Source: an uncultured Oscillospiraceae bacterium (GTDB lineage Bacteria > Bacillota > Clostridia > Oscillospirales > Oscillospiraceae). From it: 64,000 nt of DNA. Shown one piece after another: positions 61,695-64,000 of this stretch (position 1 is the first letter of the stretch; the number at the start of each line of letters is the position of its first letter). The stretch is taken from positions 9,006-73,005 of the forward strand of contig CANQBC010000005.1 of the NCBI GenBank assembly GCA_947589225.1, read 5' to 3'. Made by a program: the position numbers and the translations under genes. Under the pieces are notes generated by a model, which saw only the letters and a list, made by a program, of their open reading frames with translations, was not told the DNA's origin and made no database searches.

Positions 61695-63170
61695 ATGGCG
61701 GGAAAAAGCGTTTACTCATGGGAGGATTTTATTAAGGAGCTGGACGGCTCGGGATTCAGAGGACAATTTTCGGATGCTGATATGAAGCTGGCGCAGGCAA
61801 ACCCCGACGTGGGTATGAGTCTGCTCAATTACAAAAGGCAGTATGCCGGCGCGGCGACAGATGAGGAGCGGAAGAAGTATAACGACGCCGCCAACGCCCT
61901 GCGATCCAGCTACGGAGGCTATACGGGCGGGGTGACAGGCGGAAACTACGCGAAGGATCCGCTGGCGCCCAGGGATTTCTCATACGATGAAGCGCCCACC
62001 TATCAAAGCCGCTATGACGGGAGGATCCAGGAGCTTTTGGACGCCTTGACAAACCGGGAGAATTTCAGCTACGACGCGGAGCGGGATCCCCTTTACGCCC
62101 AATACCGCAAGCAGTATCTCCGGGAGGGGAAAAGGGCCTCCGAGGACACCATGGGGCAGGCGGCGGCCATGAGCGGCGGACTGCCGACATCCTACGCCGC
62201 CACGGCGGCGGGTCAGGCCCAAAACTACTACAACGCGCAGCTGACGGACAAGATCCCGGAGCTGGAGCAGCTGGCCTATCAGAAGTACCTGGACGATTTT
62301 GACATGGACAGGACGAAGCTCTCAGCGGTACAAAGCGCGGAACAGTCAGACTATCAGAAATACCTTGATTCGCTTTCGCAGTACAATACCGACCGGGATT
62401 TTGCTTATGGGCAATTCTCCGATGAGCTTGCCCGTCAGAGGTACGATCGGGAGACGGAGTATTCAAGGGGACAGGACGCCAGGGCCAACGCCCTTGAGGA
62501 CGCGCTTCTCGGAGCCCAGTACGGGGACTATTCAAAGCTTCGTCAGCTGGGGTACGACACGACCGGGTATCAGGCCAATGAAGAGAGGCAGAGGGCGCTG
62601 GAGGAGGCCCAACTCCGGGCGCAGTACGGGGACTTCTCCGGACTCCGGGATCTGGGGGTGGACACCTCGGCGTATGAGGCCAAGCTTGCCGCGGCAAACG
62701 CGCCGAGGACGGTTTACAGGAGCTCACCGAGCGGCGGGGACGAGGCCGAGGAGGAGAGCGAGCCGCCCCTTGGGACAAACGGCTGGTTTGATTATATCAT
62801 CGCCGCGTCAGGAGAGACCGGGCAGAGCGCGGAGGATTTCCTGCGCTCCCACAAAAGTGAGCTGGGGCTTACGGAGAGCAATATCAAAACGTATGCCGAG
62901 AGGATTGAGGCATACAGGACGGAGTCGGAGAGCGCTCAGAAGAGGGATCAAGCCGCGTCCTTTGACGTACCGGGCGGGAACTCGGGCCCGAAGCCTGAGA
63001 CGGGAAAGAACCTTTCATACGACGATATTCTCACCGAGGCTTACAACATCAAGTACAGGACGGGCAGCTCAGGCGCGGTCAGGGCATATCTGAATCACTT
63101 TGACGAAAGCCAGCTGAGCGATGAGGATCTGAGGCAGATCTTGAATATTCTCGGAGTTACCAACAAATAA
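61695..63170 (+). CDS. Hypothetical large virion protein with internal repeats
   Basis: The ATG at 61695 follows AAGGAGA. It contains DPLYAQYRKQYLREGKRASEDTMGQAAAMSGGLPTSYA and a duplicated QYGD(Y/F)S.LR.LG.DT..Y motif. Confidence 0.45.
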   Translation: MAGKSVYSWEDFIKELDGSGFRGQFSDADMKLAQANPDVGMSLLNYKRQYAGAATDEERKKYNDAANALRSSYGGYTGGVTGGNYAKDPLAPRDFSYDEAPTYQSRYDGRIQELLDALTNRENFSYDAERDPLYAQYRKQYLREGKRASEDTMGQAAAMSGGLPTSYAATAAGQAQNYYNAQLTDKIPELEQLAYQKYLDDFDMDRTKLSAVQSAEQSDYQKYLDSLSQYNTDRDFAYGQFSDELARQRYDRETEYSRGQDARANALEDALLGAQYGDYSKLRQLGYDTTGYQANEERQRALEEAQLRAQYGDFSGLRDLGVDTSAYEAKLAAANAPRTVYRSSPSGGDEAEEESEPPLGTNGWFDYIIAASGETGQSAEDFLRSHKSELGLTESNIKTYAERIEAYRTESESAQKRDQAASFDVPGGNSGPKPETGKNLSYDDILTEAYNIKYRTGSSGAVRAYLNHFDESQLSDEDLRQILNILGVTNK

Positions 63171-63187
63171 AGACGGGGGGCTAAATT

Positions 63188-64000
63188 ATGGGAAGGTGTG
63201 AAGATCTTCTTAAAAAAATGGGACAGGGGAACGGCGGATCGGAGCAGAACAAGGCTCCGACCGCACCTGCATCAAGCGTAAACGTAAGCGGGGGTACCTC
63301 CGGAAGCTACGGGAGGGTAGAGCGGATCCTTGAGAGTATGCCAAAGCCCTATGTCTCCTACGCGGATTTCGGGCAGCAGCTCCTTGACCGGGTAAACGTG
63401 ACGGGGGAGCGGGCGAAAAAGCTTGTAAAGCTCCTCGACAACGCGCCGGCGGCCATCGCGTTGCGGGACCAAACGCTCAGGAGAACCGAGGCCGAAGCCG
63501 ACAGCATCTTCAAATCGGGAGCCTGGAAAACAAACCCCCTTGTCTCCGATATGCTCATGGAGGTCTACAACCGGCGCTCCTTCAGCATTGCAAAAGTGGA
63601 GCAGATGAAGGCCGCGTATGGGAAGCTTCAGGAGGACGCAAACAGGGCTGTCCAGGAGAACAGGGCGGCAATAGAGGACTACAACGGCTTTTACGGGCTT
63701 ACGCAGGACAACCCGACGGCGGATCAGTTCCGGGTGGGGTCAGGCGCGGCCTGGGACACCTGGCGCGGCTCCGTTAGAAAGGCGGAGGACATCAAGCCGG
63801 AGCTTGCAAAAGCGCAGCAGATGGCCGAGACGGCCCGTAAGCTCGCCCAGGCGGCCCAGAGCGACGTTATGTCGGCTGAGGGCATGGTGACGGCCCACGG
63901 CGAAAACAGCGGCCTTGAAGAGCGCCGGAGTGCCTACAGCAGGACGCAGGAAGCGGCGGAGGAAGCGGAGAAGAAGGTCAAGCTGCTTCAGGAGGAGCTT
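63188..64000 (+). CDS. Hypothetical large phage protein, 5' part only (open to the window end; not in the ORF track)
   Basis: The ATG at 63188 (MGRCEDLLKKMGQGNGG...) opens a frame that remains open for 271 codons to position 64000. The helical A/E/K/Q-rich composition resembles internal-virion or tape-measure-type proteins. Confidence 0.5.
   Translation, partial: MGRCEDLLKKMGQGNGGSEQNKAPTAPASSVNVSGGTSGSYGRVERILESMPKPYVSYADFGQQLLDRVNVTGERAKKLVKLLDNAPAAIALRDQTLRRTEAEADSIFKSGAWKTNPLVSDMLMEVYNRRSFSIAKVEQMKAAYGKLQEDANRAVQENRAAIEDYNGFYGLTQDNPTADQFRVGSGAAWDTWRGSVRKAEDIKPELAKAQQMAETARKLAQAAQSDVMSAEGMVTAHGENSGLEERRSAYSRTQEAAEEAEKKVKLLQEEL

Larger units (their letters stand above)
29739..64000. mobile_element. 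Prophage (integrase-proximal arm; continues beyond the window end)
   Basis: The gene order is serine integrase, repressor/Cro switch, early genes, terminase small and large subunits, portal, scaffold, capsid, fibre, lysis, further structural genes. The left boundary is inferred from the loss of cotJC homology at about 29739-29763. Confidence 0.85.

Overview
The window comes from a GC-rich chromosome of a spore-forming, Clostridia-like Firmicute. The spore-former call rests on yunB, a cotJC-type gene and an SLH-anchored wall protein. All protein-family names below are based on motifs I recognise by eye, because no database search was possible. Start codons were refined by hand where an RBS was visible.

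Positions 1 to about 29,740 are ordinary core genome:
- a SUV3-like helicase, ymdB, a DAG-kinase-family lipid kinase, serA-serC, mtaB and a NifS-like cysteine desulfurase
- a decayed AlkD-like pseudogene, a Cof-type HAD hydrolase and an AlaX-type editing protein
- a metF / MetH-activation-domain / short-metH operon
- a solitary tRNA-Gln(CUG) with a perfect consensus promoter, and class II fba
- a degenerate P-type-ATPase-like membrane protein
- RNase P RNA (rnpB, minus strand), followed by a small AT-rich GNAT islet
- murD, a YnbB-like PLP enzyme, yunB, ligA and an SLH-anchored phosphodiester glycosidase

From about 29,740 to the window end (more than 34 kb) lies one arm of a prophage:
- It is bounded by a large serine recombinase. 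The integrase-proximal junction lies inside a cotJC-type Mn-catalase gene, whose first ~28 codons are missing.
- Lysogeny module: integrase, an AT-rich four-gene membrane-protein cassette, an XRE repressor, and a divergent switch with palindromic operators and a Cro-like gene.
- Early region: a PcfK-like / PcfJ-like pair, DUF3102, and YopX and ASCH-like proteins.
- An HUH-like protein and a small HTH protein sit just upstream of the terminase genes.
- Virion module: portal, scaffold and capsid, followed directly by a 1052-aa composite tail fibre. A CHAP-endolysin lysis cassette is embedded among the structural genes, and further large structural genes follow.

The best candidates for new biology are the split cotJC locus (a possible regulated prophage switch), the membrane-protein cassette between integrase and repressor (candidate superinfection exclusion or defence), and the PcfK/PcfJ pair (candidate anti-defence).
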